This document shows positions 26,914-35,899 of a stretch of DNA of 64,000 nt, piece after piece. The stretch covers positions 19,867 to 83,866 of the forward strand of contig DHON01000122.1 of assembly GCA_002409965.1 (NCBI GenBank), given 5' to 3'. Each line of letters begins with the position of its first letter. Position 1 is the first letter of the stretch. The notes under the pieces were generated by a model. The model was not told where the DNA came from. It saw nothing but the letters and a program-made list of their open reading frames with translations, and ran no database searches. The DNA is from Firmicutes bacterium UBA5389. Lineage in GTDB: Bacteria; Bacillota; DTU025. The position numbers and the translations under genes are program-made.

Positions 26914-27733
26914 AGGCCGCCTTGACCAGTTGCTCCTCCAGCGGGGCCTGGTTTCCAGCCGCGAGGCGGGGCGGCGCGAGATTATGTCGGGATGTGTCTG
27001 GGTCGATGGGGTGCGTGAAGACAAGCCCGGCACGATGATCAGGCAGGATGCAGTTCTTGAGATCAGGTCAGTCCGTCCGCGCTTTGCGAGCCGCGGCGGC
27101 GAGAAACTGGCCCACGCGATGGAAGTGTTCGCGCTGGACGCAACGGGACGCACCGCAGTGGACATCGGAGCGTCCACAGGGGGATTCACAGACGTCCTGC
27201 TGCGAGCGGGCGCGTCTCGTGTGTACTCGGTGGACGTGGGATACGGGCAGCTTGCGTGGAATCTGAGGCAAGACCCTCGAGTGGTCGTGATGGACCGCGT
27301 CAATGCGCGCTACCTCACCCCCGCGATGTTCGACCCCCGGCCCGATCTGGCGGTGGTGGATGTATCCTTCATCTCGCTGTCGAGGATATTGCCGGCCTTG
27401 CGGGAGGTGCTCGTCCCGGTGGCCGAGGCTGTGTGCCTGGTCAAGCCGCAGTTCGAAGCGGGGCGCGAACGCGTGGGGAAAAAGGGAGTTGTGCGCTCCC
27501 CCGAAGTGCACGCGGATGTCCTGATGGCCACGGCTGAGCATGCCTGGGCCAATGGGTTCGAGGCGGCGGGAGTTGTGGCTTCTCCCATCCGCGGGCCTGA
27601 GGGCAATATCGAGTTCTTGATGTATCTGTTTCGGGGAGGCCGGGGCGATCAGCATGGCGTTGCGCCTTTGGCCCGCGAGGAGTTGCGCGAGATCGTCCTG
27701 CGCGTGGTGGCGCAGGCCCACAACGCGCCCTGA
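26888..27733 (+). CDS. tlyA: TlyA-family rRNA 2'-O-methyltransferase (hemolysin A-like)
   Basis: S4 domain (RLDQLLLQRGLVSSREAGRREI) followed by an FtsJ-like methyltransferase domain (DIGASTGGFTDVLL). Confidence 0.85.
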   Translation: MVRVSPQCRGRLDQLLLQRGLVSSREAGRREIMSGCVWVDGVREDKPGTMIRQDAVLEIRSVRPRFASRGGEKLAHAMEVFALDATGRTAVDIGASTGGFTDVLLRAGASRVYSVDVGYGQLAWNLRQDPRVVVMDRVNARYLTPAMFDPRPDLAVVDVSFISLSRILPALREVLVPVAEAVCLVKPQFEAGRERVGKKGVVRSPEVHADVLMATAEHAWANGFEAAGVVASPIRGPEGNIEFLMYLFRGGRGDQHGVAPLAREELREIVLRVVAQAHNAP

Positions 27734-27776
27734 TGGCCGGGGCGGGTTGCGATGAAACCCCCACGCGAACGGGGGT

Positions 27777-28616
27777 GTGTCGGGAGGGGTTATTACGAAG
27801 AAGGCCGCGATAGTCGTGCGAAAGACAAAGCCGGAGGCCGACCAAGTGGCCCTCCAGATAGAGTCCTGGATGAAGCGCGCGGGGATCGAGACGTATCTCG
27901 ACTACAGCTGGGACGGGCCGTTGGCCGATTCCACCGACTGCGTGATTGTGCTGGGGGGCGACGGCACCCTTCTCTCAGTCGCCAGGCGCGCTGCGGCGAT
28001 GGAAATCCCGATACTCGGCGTGAACCTGGGCAACCTGGGGTTCCTCACCGAGGTGGAGCCGGTCAACCTCGAGAAGGCTCTGGAGGCCCTCGTGCGCGGC
28101 GATTACACCATCGAAGAGCGAACGATGGTACAGGCGACTGTGATGAGGGCGGGTCACAGCGTTGCGTCGTTTTCGGGCCTGAATGACGTTGTGATCAGCA
28201 AAGGCGCATTCGCGCGCATCATCAGTCTCGACATTTTCGTAAACGAGGAGTATTACTCCACTTTCCCGGCCGATGGCATTATTGTCTCCAGTCCTACCGG
28301 TTCCACTGCGTATTCGCTTTCTGCGGGGGGGCCGCTCATCAGCCCCAATATCGATGTCATGCTGGTAACGCCCATATGTCCGCACACTCTCTTCTCGCGT
28401 TCGCTGGTCATCGCCGGCCACGACAGAGTGCGCGTCGTGGTGGAGGCGCCGCACGAGGACGTTGCCGTCACAGTCGATGGTCAGGTCGGCTTCAAGGTGG
28501 AATCGCATGACGAGATCATTGTTGAGCGAGCGGCGCAAGTGACGCGGTTTGTGCGGCTTCAGGCCAAGAGCTTCTACGGTACCATGAGGGAGCGTCTGAA
28601 ACAGGACCGTCTATGA
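27777..28616 (+). CDS. nadK: NAD kinase
   Basis: GGDGTLL motif, NLGNLGFLTE, SSPTGSTAYSLSAGGP. Confidence 0.9.
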   Translation: MSGGVITKKAAIVVRKTKPEADQVALQIESWMKRAGIETYLDYSWDGPLADSTDCVIVLGGDGTLLSVARRAAAMEIPILGVNLGNLGFLTEVEPVNLEKALEALVRGDYTIEERTMVQATVMRAGHSVASFSGLNDVVISKGAFARIISLDIFVNEEYYSTFPADGIIVSSPTGSTAYSLSAGGPLISPNIDVMLVTPICPHTLFSRSLVIAGHDRVRVVVEAPHEDVAVTVDGQVGFKVESHDEIIVERAAQVTRFVRLQAKSFYGTMRERLKQDRL

Positions 28617-28638
28617 TACCGACGTGCGGGGGGGGTCA

Positions 28639-29094
28639 ATGGTGAAGGCCAGGCGACACCAGAGAATTCTGGACATAGTCAGGAGCAAACCCATTAAGAC
28701 TCAGGAAGACCTAGCCGAAGAGCTTGCGCGGGAGGGAATCGCGGTTACGCAGGCCACCATATCCCGCGACATCAAGGAACTACGGCTGATCAAGGCTCCG
28801 GTGGGCGATGGATCTTACCGGTACACCATTCCAGTTGACCGCAACATTGAAGACATTAACAGACGGATAGAGCGCGTTTTCCGTGAGGCTGTCATGAGTA
28901 TTGAAGACAGCGAGAACATGGTGGTCGTCAAGACGCTTGAAGGCGCGGCGCAGGCCGTTGGCGCCATCATAGACGACCTGGACTGGCCGGAGGTAGTAGG
29001 CTCTTTGGCAGGCGACGACACCATTTTGGTGGTGGTCAAGTCCGCGGAGAGCACTCCGGAGGTAATGGCCAGGTTCAACAAGTTCCGCAGGTAG
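28639..29094 (+). CDS. argR: Arginine repressor
   Basis: RHQRILDIVRSKPIKTQEDLAEELAREGIAVTQATISRDIKEL winged helix and a C-terminal GDDTILVV oligomerisation motif. Confidence 0.9.
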   Translation: MVKARRHQRILDIVRSKPIKTQEDLAEELAREGIAVTQATISRDIKELRLIKAPVGDGSYRYTIPVDRNIEDINRRIERVFREAVMSIEDSENMVVVKTLEGAAQAVGAIIDDLDWPEVVGSLAGDDTILVVVKSAESTPEVMARFNKFRR

Positions 29095-29143
29095 CATCGG
29101 CGGTTTGCTTTTTCGAGCCGCCTTCTGAAGCGGGGGCGGAATC

Positions 29144-30883
29144 ATGCTATTGGAAATGGTCGTCCGAAACTACGCCCTAATAGAGCAGATTGCCATTCGT
29201 TTCGGCAGCGGTTTCAACGTGCTCACGGGCGAGACGGGCGCAGGAAAATCCCTTGTCATCGACTGCCTAGGGCTGGCCGTTGGCGGCCGTGCATCGGCGG
29301 AGGCCGTTCGCACAGGTGCCGAGTCTGCCGTGGTGGAGGCGGTGTTCGACCTCTCCGGGTTGCCTTCCATGGTGGGCGTGCTTGCGGAGCAGGGCATAGA
29401 GTCCGAGCCCGATGGGACGCTCATCTTGTCGCGCGAAGTGTGGCGGCAAGGCCGCTCACGCTGCCGCGTAAACGGGCGCATCGTCACGTTGACATCGCTT
29501 GGGGCCATCGGGGAGCGGCTAGTCGATATCTACGGTCAGCACGAATACCAATCGCTGGCGCGTCCTTCGCGCCATCTGGCGCTCCTCGATTCATACTGCG
29601 GTACGGAGCTGGCAGAGGCCCTGGCGGCATACAGAGGCCGATACGCTCTGTGGATGTCGGCCCGCCGTGAACTGGCCGACCTTCTGACCAGCGTTCGTGA
29701 GCGCGCCCGGCGCGCCGACATCCTCGCCTTTCAGGTCGACGAAGTCGAATCCGCCAAACTCGAGCCGGATGAGGACGCGCGCCTTGCGGCTGAGCGCGTT
29801 GTGCTGGCCAATGGCGAGCGCCTGTATGACGGTGTGAGCCAGGCGTTTGAGCTAGTATACGAATCGGCCCGACCGGACTCGCCGCCTGCTTACGACCTGC
29901 TTGCAGACGCTCTTGCTCAGCTGGACGCTGCTGCGCGCATCGACGTCTCGCTGGGCTCAGTCCGCGATTCCCTGGCGTCCATATGTGAACAGGCCAGCGA
30001 GGCAGCTAGGGCCATGCGTTCGTACCGAGAGTCGATAGACTTCAGCCCGGAGCGCCTTGCCGCCGTTGAGGAGCGGCTGGCCTTGATAGCGCGGCTCAAG
30101 CGCAAGTACGGCGACACTCTTGAAGAGGTGATAGAGCACGGGCGGGCAGCGCGCGAGGCGCTCGACTCGATCGTCCATGCGGATGAGCGCTGCGCTGAGC
30201 TGGAGCGGCGCGTGGCAGGGCTGGCCCTGGACGTGGCCGGCGCCGCCGAAGAGGTTTCGCGGATCAGAAGCCGGGCCGCTCGACAGCTGGAACAAGATAT
30301 CACCGGCGAGCTCTGCGAGCTGTCTATGGCCAAGGCGGCGTTTCGAGTGCAGATGCGCAGGCGCCGTGGCGATGCCGAAGAGGAACTCACAGTGGACGGC
30401 CAGCCGTGTCTGGCGGGGCCGGACGGTGCCGACGATGTGGAGTTTCTGTTTTCGGCCAACCCGGGCGAAGAACCGCGTCCGGTGGCGCGCATAGCCAGCG
30501 GAGGCGAGATGAGCCGGGTGATGCTGGCAATCAAGTCGGTGCTCGCGCAGGTGGACGAGACGCCCACCATGGTGTTCGACGAGGTGGATCAGGGCATCGG
30601 AGGCGAAGCGTCTGTGGCGGTGGCCGTGCGGCTTTCGGGGATAGGTCGAGTTAGGCAGGTTCTGGCCGTAACGCATCTGCCTCAGATTGCGGCCGTCGCC
30701 GCCCGCCATTTCGCCGTGAGCAAGCGGGAACGCGGGGGCCGGACCCAGGTGAGCCTGGATGCCCTGGATGGAGATGACCGCGTGGCGGAGGTCGCCAGGA
30801 TGCTGGGCGGCGAGAATCCGTCGGCGCTCACGTTGGCGCACGCGCGAGAGATGCTAGGACGGCTCAAAGTGGGCAGGACTTGA
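29144..30883 (+). CDS. recN: DNA repair protein RecN
   Basis: 579 aa. Walker A GETGAGKS, long coiled coil, C-terminal [13 protein letters not shown] signature and [11 protein letters not shown]. Confidence 0.9.
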   Translation: MLLEMVVRNYALIEQIAIRFGSGFNVLTGETGAGKSLVIDCLGLAVGGRASAEAVRTGAESAVVEAVFDLSGLPSMVGVLAEQGIESEPDGTLILSREVWRQGRSRCRVNGRIVTLTSLGAIGERLVDIYGQHEYQSLARPSRHLALLDSYCGTELAEALAAYRGRYALWMSARRELADLLTSVRERARRADILAFQVDEVESAKLEPDEDARLAAERVVLANGERLYDGVSQAFELVYESARPDSPPAYDLLADALAQLDAAARIDVSLGSVRDSLASICEQASEAARAMRSYRESIDFSPERLAAVEERLALIARLKRKYGDTLEEVIEHGRAAREALDSIVHADERCAELERRVAGLALDVAGAAEEVSRIRSRAARQLEQDITGELCELSMAKAAFRVQMRRRRGDAEEELTVDGQPCLAGPDGADDVEFLFSANPGEEPRPVARIASGGEMSRVMLAIKSVLAQVDETPTMVFDEVDQGIGGEASVAVAVRLSGIGRVRQVLAVTHLPQIAAVAARHFAVSKRERGGRTQVSLDALDGDDRVAEVARMLGGENPSALTLAHAREMLGRLKVGRT

Positions 30884-30971
30884 GCGTTCTTTGTGGAAAA
30901 TCCAGTCGTATAGCCATTTCGCTCAGAGGAGGGAGGAGTCGGGTCGCCCGCTCGGGCGGCCGCGGCTCGGT

Positions 30972-31286
30972 ATGGTGAGGTTGAAGGAACACCCGATTTT
31001 GGACTTCCCACCAGGACGGGAAGTCGCGTTCACATTCAACGGCAAAGAGATCCGGGGCGTCGAAGGCGAGCCCATCGCGGCGGCGCTCCACGCTGCCGGC
31101 GTAAGAGTCCTCCGTCACAGTCCGGTACTCGGACGTGCACGGGGGTTCTTTTGTGCCATCGGCACTTGTTCGTCTTGCCTGATGACTGTGGACGGCGTTC
31201 CGAATGTACGCGTATGCACTGAGCCTTTGACGCAGGGAATGGTGATCGAGACTCAAAAAGGCCACGGCCACTTGCCCATTGACTGA
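30972..31286 (+). CDS. (2Fe-2S)-binding small subunit (HcnA / sarcosine-oxidase-alpha N-terminal-like)
   Basis: 104 aa. FTFNGKEIRGVEGEPIAAAL...FFCAIGTCSSCLMTVDGVPNVRVC. Confidence 0.7.
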   Translation: MVRLKEHPILDFPPGREVAFTFNGKEIRGVEGEPIAAALHAAGVRVLRHSPVLGRARGFFCAIGTCSSCLMTVDGVPNVRVCTEPLTQGMVIETQKGHGHLPID

Positions 31287-31306
31287 GGCGGGGCTAAGCG
31301 AGGACG

Positions 31307-32410
31307 GTGACGCAGTTGAAAGAGGTTGATATCGCCGTGATCGGCGCCGGGCCGGCGGGTCTCTCGGCCGCCCTGGCATGCGGCAAATCAGGAGCTACAA
31401 CGCTTCTCATTGACTTCATGGATGCCCCAGGCGGACAGCTCATCAAGCAGACGCACAAGTTTTTCGGGTCTGAGCGGCAGTTCGCGGGCACCCGCGGGAT
31501 TCAGATCCCCAGCATCTTCATCAACCAGCTTTCGCAGATGCCCAACGTGCAACTGGTGTTGGGCGTGAACGCTTCGGGCTACTACGCCGACTCCGGAGTG
31601 CTAACGCTGGAGGACGGCGGCAAGTTCATCAAGGTTAAGGCGAAACGAGTGATAATCGCGACAGGCGCTGGAGAGAAGGCGCTGGCGTTTGAGAACAACG
31701 ACCTGCCGGGGGTGTACGGGGCGGGCGCGGTGCAGACTCTCATGAACGCGTACGGGGTCAAGCCCGGCAACCGCGTGCTCATGGTGGGCTCGGGGAACAT
31801 CGGACTAATCGTAAGCTACCAGCTCATCCAGGCGCATGTGCAGGTGGTCTCGTTGGTAGAAGCGGCTGGGCGTATCGGCGGATACCTAGTGCATGCGGCC
31901 AAGCTTCGCAGGGCCGGCGTGCCGATTCTCACTTCCCACACCATCGTGCGGGCGATCGGCGAAGAGACGGTGCGAGGCGCGGTGGTGGCTCAGGTCGACC
32001 AGTCCTGGCAGGCGGTGCCGGGATCGCAACGCGAAGTGGCGTGTGACGTGATATGCCTGGCGGTGGGTCTCACTCCGCTTGTGGACATGATGTGGCAGGC
32101 CGGGTGTGAGATGAAATACGTGCCCGCCCTGGGTGGGCATGTTCCAGTTAGGGACGAGAACATGCGCGCTTCGAACCCTGCCGTGTATGTTGCGGGAGAC
32201 GCGGGCGGCGTGGAAGAGGCCAGCTCGGCCATGATCTCGGGGGAGATCGCCGGAATAAGCGCAGCCGTGTCGCTTGGCTTTAGGGCTCAAGATGCCGATG
32301 CGCGCCTGGCGCTGCTCAAATCGGATCTGGCTGCGATCAGATCCGCCCCCGCCGGCGAGAAGATACGCGCCGGCATCATGAGCGCAATGGCGTGCGGAGG
32401 TGAGCGGTGA
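31307..32410 (+). CDS. FAD/NAD(P)-binding pyridine nucleotide-disulfide oxidoreductase subunit (HcnB / OoxA / PDH-alpha-like)
   Basis: Two Rossmann dinucleotide motifs: VIGAGPAGLSAA and MVGSGNIGLIVS. Confidence 0.75.
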   Translation: MTQLKEVDIAVIGAGPAGLSAALACGKSGATTLLIDFMDAPGGQLIKQTHKFFGSERQFAGTRGIQIPSIFINQLSQMPNVQLVLGVNASGYYADSGVLTLEDGGKFIKVKAKRVIIATGAGEKALAFENNDLPGVYGAGAVQTLMNAYGVKPGNRVLMVGSGNIGLIVSYQLIQAHVQVVSLVEAAGRIGGYLVHAAKLRRAGVPILTSHTIVRAIGEETVRGAVVAQVDQSWQAVPGSQREVACDVICLAVGLTPLVDMMWQAGCEMKYVPALGGHVPVRDENMRASNPAVYVAGDAGGVEEASSAMISGEIAGISAAVSLGFRAQDADARLALLKSDLAAIRSAPAGEKIRAGIMSAMACGGER

Positions 32411-32688
32411 TGACTGACGACGACATCATCATATGCAGGTGCGAAGATATCACTCTGAGGCAGATCAGGGAGCTGATCGCCCAGGGCTATCACACCATCG
32501 ACGAAATCAAGAGGGTTTCGAGGGCCGGGATGGGGCCGTGCCAGGGCAGAACGTGCCGGCAGCTGATAGCCAGGGAATTGGCCGGTGCCCTGGGAGTGCC
32601 CATCGAACAGGTTGAGATGCCCACGTTCCGACCGCCTTCGAGGCCGGTGCTACTATCCACGATTGCGAGGGGCGAGGCCGATGAGTAG
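32407..32688 (+). CDS. BFD-like (2Fe-2S)-binding protein
   Basis: 93 aa. CRCEDIT...GMGPCQGRTC Cys pattern of BFD-like [2Fe-2S] domains. ATGA overlap with the upstream gene. Confidence 0.7.
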   Translation: MMTDDDIIICRCEDITLRQIRELIAQGYHTIDEIKRVSRAGMGPCQGRTCRQLIARELAGALGVPIEQVEMPTFRPPSRPVLLSTIARGEADE

Positions 32689-33835
32689 GAACAGCGCTGA
32701 CGTTGTCGTCATAGGCGGCGGAGTGGTTGGGTGCGCAGTCGCCTTCGAGCTTGCGCAGAGGGGTTGCACCAACGTGGTTCTGCTCGAGCGCAACACGCTG
32801 GCGTCCGGCTCGTCGGGTAGGTGCGGCGCCGGCGTGCGGCAGCAGTTCGGCACAGAGCTCAACTGCGTGCTTGCGCGGGAAGCAGTTCGGATCTTCGAGA
32901 AGATGGACGAGCGCCTCGACTACCAGCCCAGCGTGGAGTTTCGGCAGAGCGGCTACCTCATGCTGGCTTACTCTGACCACCAGTGGGAGCAGTTCCAGAG
33001 GAATGTGGCTCTCGAGCGCAGCCTGGATATAGACGTGAAGACCTTGACTCCCCGCCAGACCCTGGACATAGTCCCGTTTCTGAACATCGATGGAATGGTC
33101 GGGGCCACGTTCTGTCAAGAAGACGGGCACGCCAACCCATTCCACACCACGTTCGCATACGCGAGGGCAGCTCGCCGTCTGGGCGTGGAGATACTCACGC
33201 ACACCGAGGTCTGCGGCATAGAGGTGGAGAACGACCAGATCAAGTCGGTGGTGACCGACCGCGGCGTAATCGCCACATCCACCGTAGTCAACTGCGCCGG
33301 GGCCTACTCGGGGAAGGTGGCCGCCATGGCCGGCATCGACCTGCCGGTGTGGGGCGAACGGCACCAGATCCTGATCACAGAGCCCGTCGAGCCTATCATG
33401 GGGCCGATGGTGATCTCGTTCCACCACGACTTCTACTGCCAGCAGGTGCCCCACGGCAGCTTCATCATGGGGATCGGAATGCCTGGGGAGCCCAAAGGCT
33501 ACAGCATCCATTCGTCAGTGGATTTCCTGGAGGGCATGGCCGTAACCCTGCGCCAACTGCTTCCCCCCGTGGCGCAGCTGCGTGTGGTGCGCCAGTGGGC
33601 CGGGCTTTACGACAGATCGCCCGATGCTCAGCCTATCCTGGGCGAGTGCCCGCCGGTTGAGAGGTTCTTCAACGCCAACGGTTTTTCAGGCCACGGCTTT
33701 ATGCTTTCCCCGATTGTGGGAGTCATTATGGCCGAGCTGGTCACGACTGGGCGCAGTTCCATCGATATCAGCAAGCTCGACGCTGGCAGATTTGCCCGCG
33801 GTGAGCTGGTGCTGGAACCTACGGTAGTGGGGTAA
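32681..33835 (+). CDS. FAD-dependent oxidoreductase, DAO family (sarcosine oxidase beta / HcnC / proline dehydrogenase beta-like)
   Basis: N-terminal VVVIGGGVVGCAVAFELAQRG. 384 aa, DAO-type architecture. Confidence 0.8.
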   Translation: MSRNSADVVVIGGGVVGCAVAFELAQRGCTNVVLLERNTLASGSSGRCGAGVRQQFGTELNCVLAREAVRIFEKMDERLDYQPSVEFRQSGYLMLAYSDHQWEQFQRNVALERSLDIDVKTLTPRQTLDIVPFLNIDGMVGATFCQEDGHANPFHTTFAYARAARRLGVEILTHTEVCGIEVENDQIKSVVTDRGVIATSTVVNCAGAYSGKVAAMAGIDLPVWGERHQILITEPVEPIMGPMVISFHHDFYCQQVPHGSFIMGIGMPGEPKGYSIHSSVDFLEGMAVTLRQLLPPVAQLRVVRQWAGLYDRSPDAQPILGECPPVERFFNANGFSGHGFMLSPIVGVIMAELVTTGRSSIDISKLDAGRFARGELVLEPTVVG

Positions 33836-33928
33836 ACCTAGAGGAATTTCGAGTACTGCGTAGAAGAATGGGGGTGCGTCCAAAGGGCTGTAGAGGGCGC
33901 AGATGCAGGTTAAGGAGGAATTGCTCCA

Positions 33929-34567
33929 ATGCTGAAGTACATATCCGCCGGTGGGCCGGTCATGTACCCCATCATACTCTGCTCAGTGGTGGGGTTGGCC
34001 GTCTCGATACAGAAGATCATCCAGCTCGTATTGATGCCCACTGGTTCGGATCAGCTGATGCGCTCGGTAAAGCTCAACATGTCTCAAGGACGCCCCGTGG
34101 AAGCGATGCAGGCGGCCAAGGCCGCAAAGGGTCCGGTGGCAGGTCTTGCCCGCGCCGCCGTCTCCAGCTACGGCAGGCCCTACAGTGAGATCAAGGATTC
34201 CATCGAAATGGCGGGCCGAGAAGAGGTACACGCGATGGAGAGGAAGATGAACGTCCTCGACGGCATCGTCACTCTGGCACCTCTTCTTGGCCTGCTAGGC
34301 ACAGTTGTGGGCCTGATCAAGAACTTTCAGGTTCTCTCTGCGTTCGCCGGCCTCACCACGCCGGCTCAGCTGTCAGGAGGCATCGCCGAAGCGATGATAA
34401 CTACTGCGGCCGGCCTCATAGTCGCTGCGCCGCTCATGCTCGTGTACAGCTGGCTCTCGGTGGTCATCGACGACAAGGTGGCCGAGATGGACAGGCGGGC
34501 GGCAGAACTCCTCGCGATAACGGCTGGCGATGGGGGAGGGCGCAGCGATGTTCGCGAAATATCGTAA
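33929..34567 (+). CDS. MotA/TolQ/ExbB proton-channel family protein
   Basis: 212 aa, three TM helices. C-terminal LSGGIAEAMITTAAGLIVAAPLMLVYSWL signature. Confidence 0.85.
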   Translation: MLKYISAGGPVMYPIILCSVVGLAVSIQKIIQLVLMPTGSDQLMRSVKLNMSQGRPVEAMQAAKAAKGPVAGLARAAVSSYGRPYSEIKDSIEMAGREEVHAMERKMNVLDGIVTLAPLLGLLGTVVGLIKNFQVLSAFAGLTTPAQLSGGIAEAMITTAAGLIVAAPLMLVYSWLSVVIDDKVAEMDRRAAELLAITAGDGGGRSDVREIS

Positions 34568-34973
34568 GCGCAGGAGAACGCGGGTCGAGATACTCCCCAT
34601 GATCGACATCATGTTCTATCTGGTGCTGTTTTTCATGGTCTTCGGCACCTTCAGAACCGAGACTGCCGGAGTCCCTCTGGAGCTTCCGCGGGCGGCGACC
34701 CCGCGCGATCTGGCGCGCGACCACATCGTAGTGGCCATCGACGCCAAGGGCAAGCTCTACTACAACGAGCGCCAATTCGCCGACGGCGATCTCACACGGG
34801 CCTTACTACCGCCGCTTCGAGCCAATCCGGATCGTGTTGTGATAGTCAAGGCCGACAAGTCAGTCAGATATGAGCGGCTGATCCAGACCATCGACGCGAT
34901 CAGGATGGCCGGCGGCGTTCATCTGGCCCTGGCTGTGGAGCGCGCCGCCGGATCAGGCGGTGGCGCGAGATGA
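34548..34973 (+). CDS. ExbD/TolR biopolymer transport protein
   Basis: ILPMIDIMFYLVLFFMV with the conserved Asp in the TM helix, and a periplasmic domain (VVIVKADKSVRYERLIQTIDAIRMAG). Confidence 0.85.
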   Translation: MFAKYRKRRRTRVEILPMIDIMFYLVLFFMVFGTFRTETAGVPLELPRAATPRDLARDHIVVAIDAKGKLYYNERQFADGDLTRALLPPLRANPDRVVIVKADKSVRYERLIQTIDAIRMAGGVHLALAVERAAGSGGGAR

Positions 34974-35860
34974 GAGGCCGCGAAAAAGAGCAGGGCGGCA
35001 TTGAAAGCCTGCTCATATCGATTGCGGTGCACCTGGCGGTGATACTGCTGGTACCTTATGCCGAGCAGCCTGTTCTGGAGGTGTACCCTCTTGACATAGC
35101 AGGCGTGATCGAGATCGCCACGGTTGAAACCGCGCCTGCCGCCCCGGCTCCTGCTCCGGGCGTCTCCGTGCAGGAGGTAACGCCCAAACCCAAACCTGCG
35201 GCGCCTGAGCCCGCCAAGCCAACCCCGGCGCCGACGCCCAAGCCGAAACCCGAGCCGAAGGTTGCGCCCAAGCCCGAGCCGGCCAAAGAGGAACCGCCTA
35301 AGCAGCAGGTGCCTGTGAAGCAGGACAAACCCGAGGTGGTAACGAGCCCGGCGGGGAAGACGCCTCCTCCAGTCGCCGATTCGGAGCCTCCGAAATCGGC
35401 GCAGCCGGAGCCTGAACCAACGCCCGAACCGCAGGCGACGCAGGTCGGTGCGACGACCAGCCCGCCCGGGCCGGGGCAGCCCGACGGGGCGGGCACGATT
35501 CCCCGTCCCGAATACCCTGGCGACGATCCGACCGGGCTGAGCATGATACGTTCTACAGGCGGCGACGATCACGGCGTCTGGATCCCCAAGGGCGTTCAGA
35601 ACTTGAGGGGCCGCGGAGAGGCTCTGGTGCGTATCCGGATCAAGGCAGACGGGTCCATGGACACCATGTCGTTTCTGGAACCGCCGCCCGATTCGGCTAT
35701 GACCCAGGCGATACGGACTGCTATCTCCACCGCCTGGCGGTTTGGGAAAGACTCTGCCCCGGGCCGTGCTGATGATTACTATCTCGATGTGCGAGTCGGC
35801 TACGACGGCGGCACCATGGACGTCTGGGTCAAGAGTGAGCGCGCGTCGTACATACGATAA
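34970..35860 (+). CDS. TonB/TolA-like energy-transducer protein (TM anchor, Pro/Lys/Glu-rich spacer, C-terminal TonB_C-like domain)
   Basis: N-terminal TM helix, a ~130 aa linker rich in PKPEP-type repeats, and a C-terminus GEALVRIRIKADGSMDTMSFLEPPPDSAMTQAIRTAI. Confidence 0.6.
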   Translation: MRGREKEQGGIESLLISIAVHLAVILLVPYAEQPVLEVYPLDIAGVIEIATVETAPAAPAPAPGVSVQEVTPKPKPAAPEPAKPTPAPTPKPKPEPKVAPKPEPAKEEPPKQQVPVKQDKPEVVTSPAGKTPPPVADSEPPKSAQPEPEPTPEPQATQVGATTSPPGPGQPDGAGTIPRPEYPGDDPTGLSMIRSTGGDDHGVWIPKGVQNLRGRGEALVRIRIKADGSMDTMSFLEPPPDSAMTQAIRTAISTAWRFGKDSAPGRADDYYLDVRVGYDGGTMDVWVKSERASYIR

Positions 35861-35899
35861 CCCGCCAGCGGCCATCGCCGGCACGAGGAGGTGCTTTGC

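Noticed and set aside
35056-35544. Antisense and alternate-frame ORFs plus repetitive DNA within the TonB-like gene.
   Set aside because: They are explained by the Pro/Lys/Glu/Ala-rich linker of the TonB/TolA-like protein. They are not an independent repeat element.
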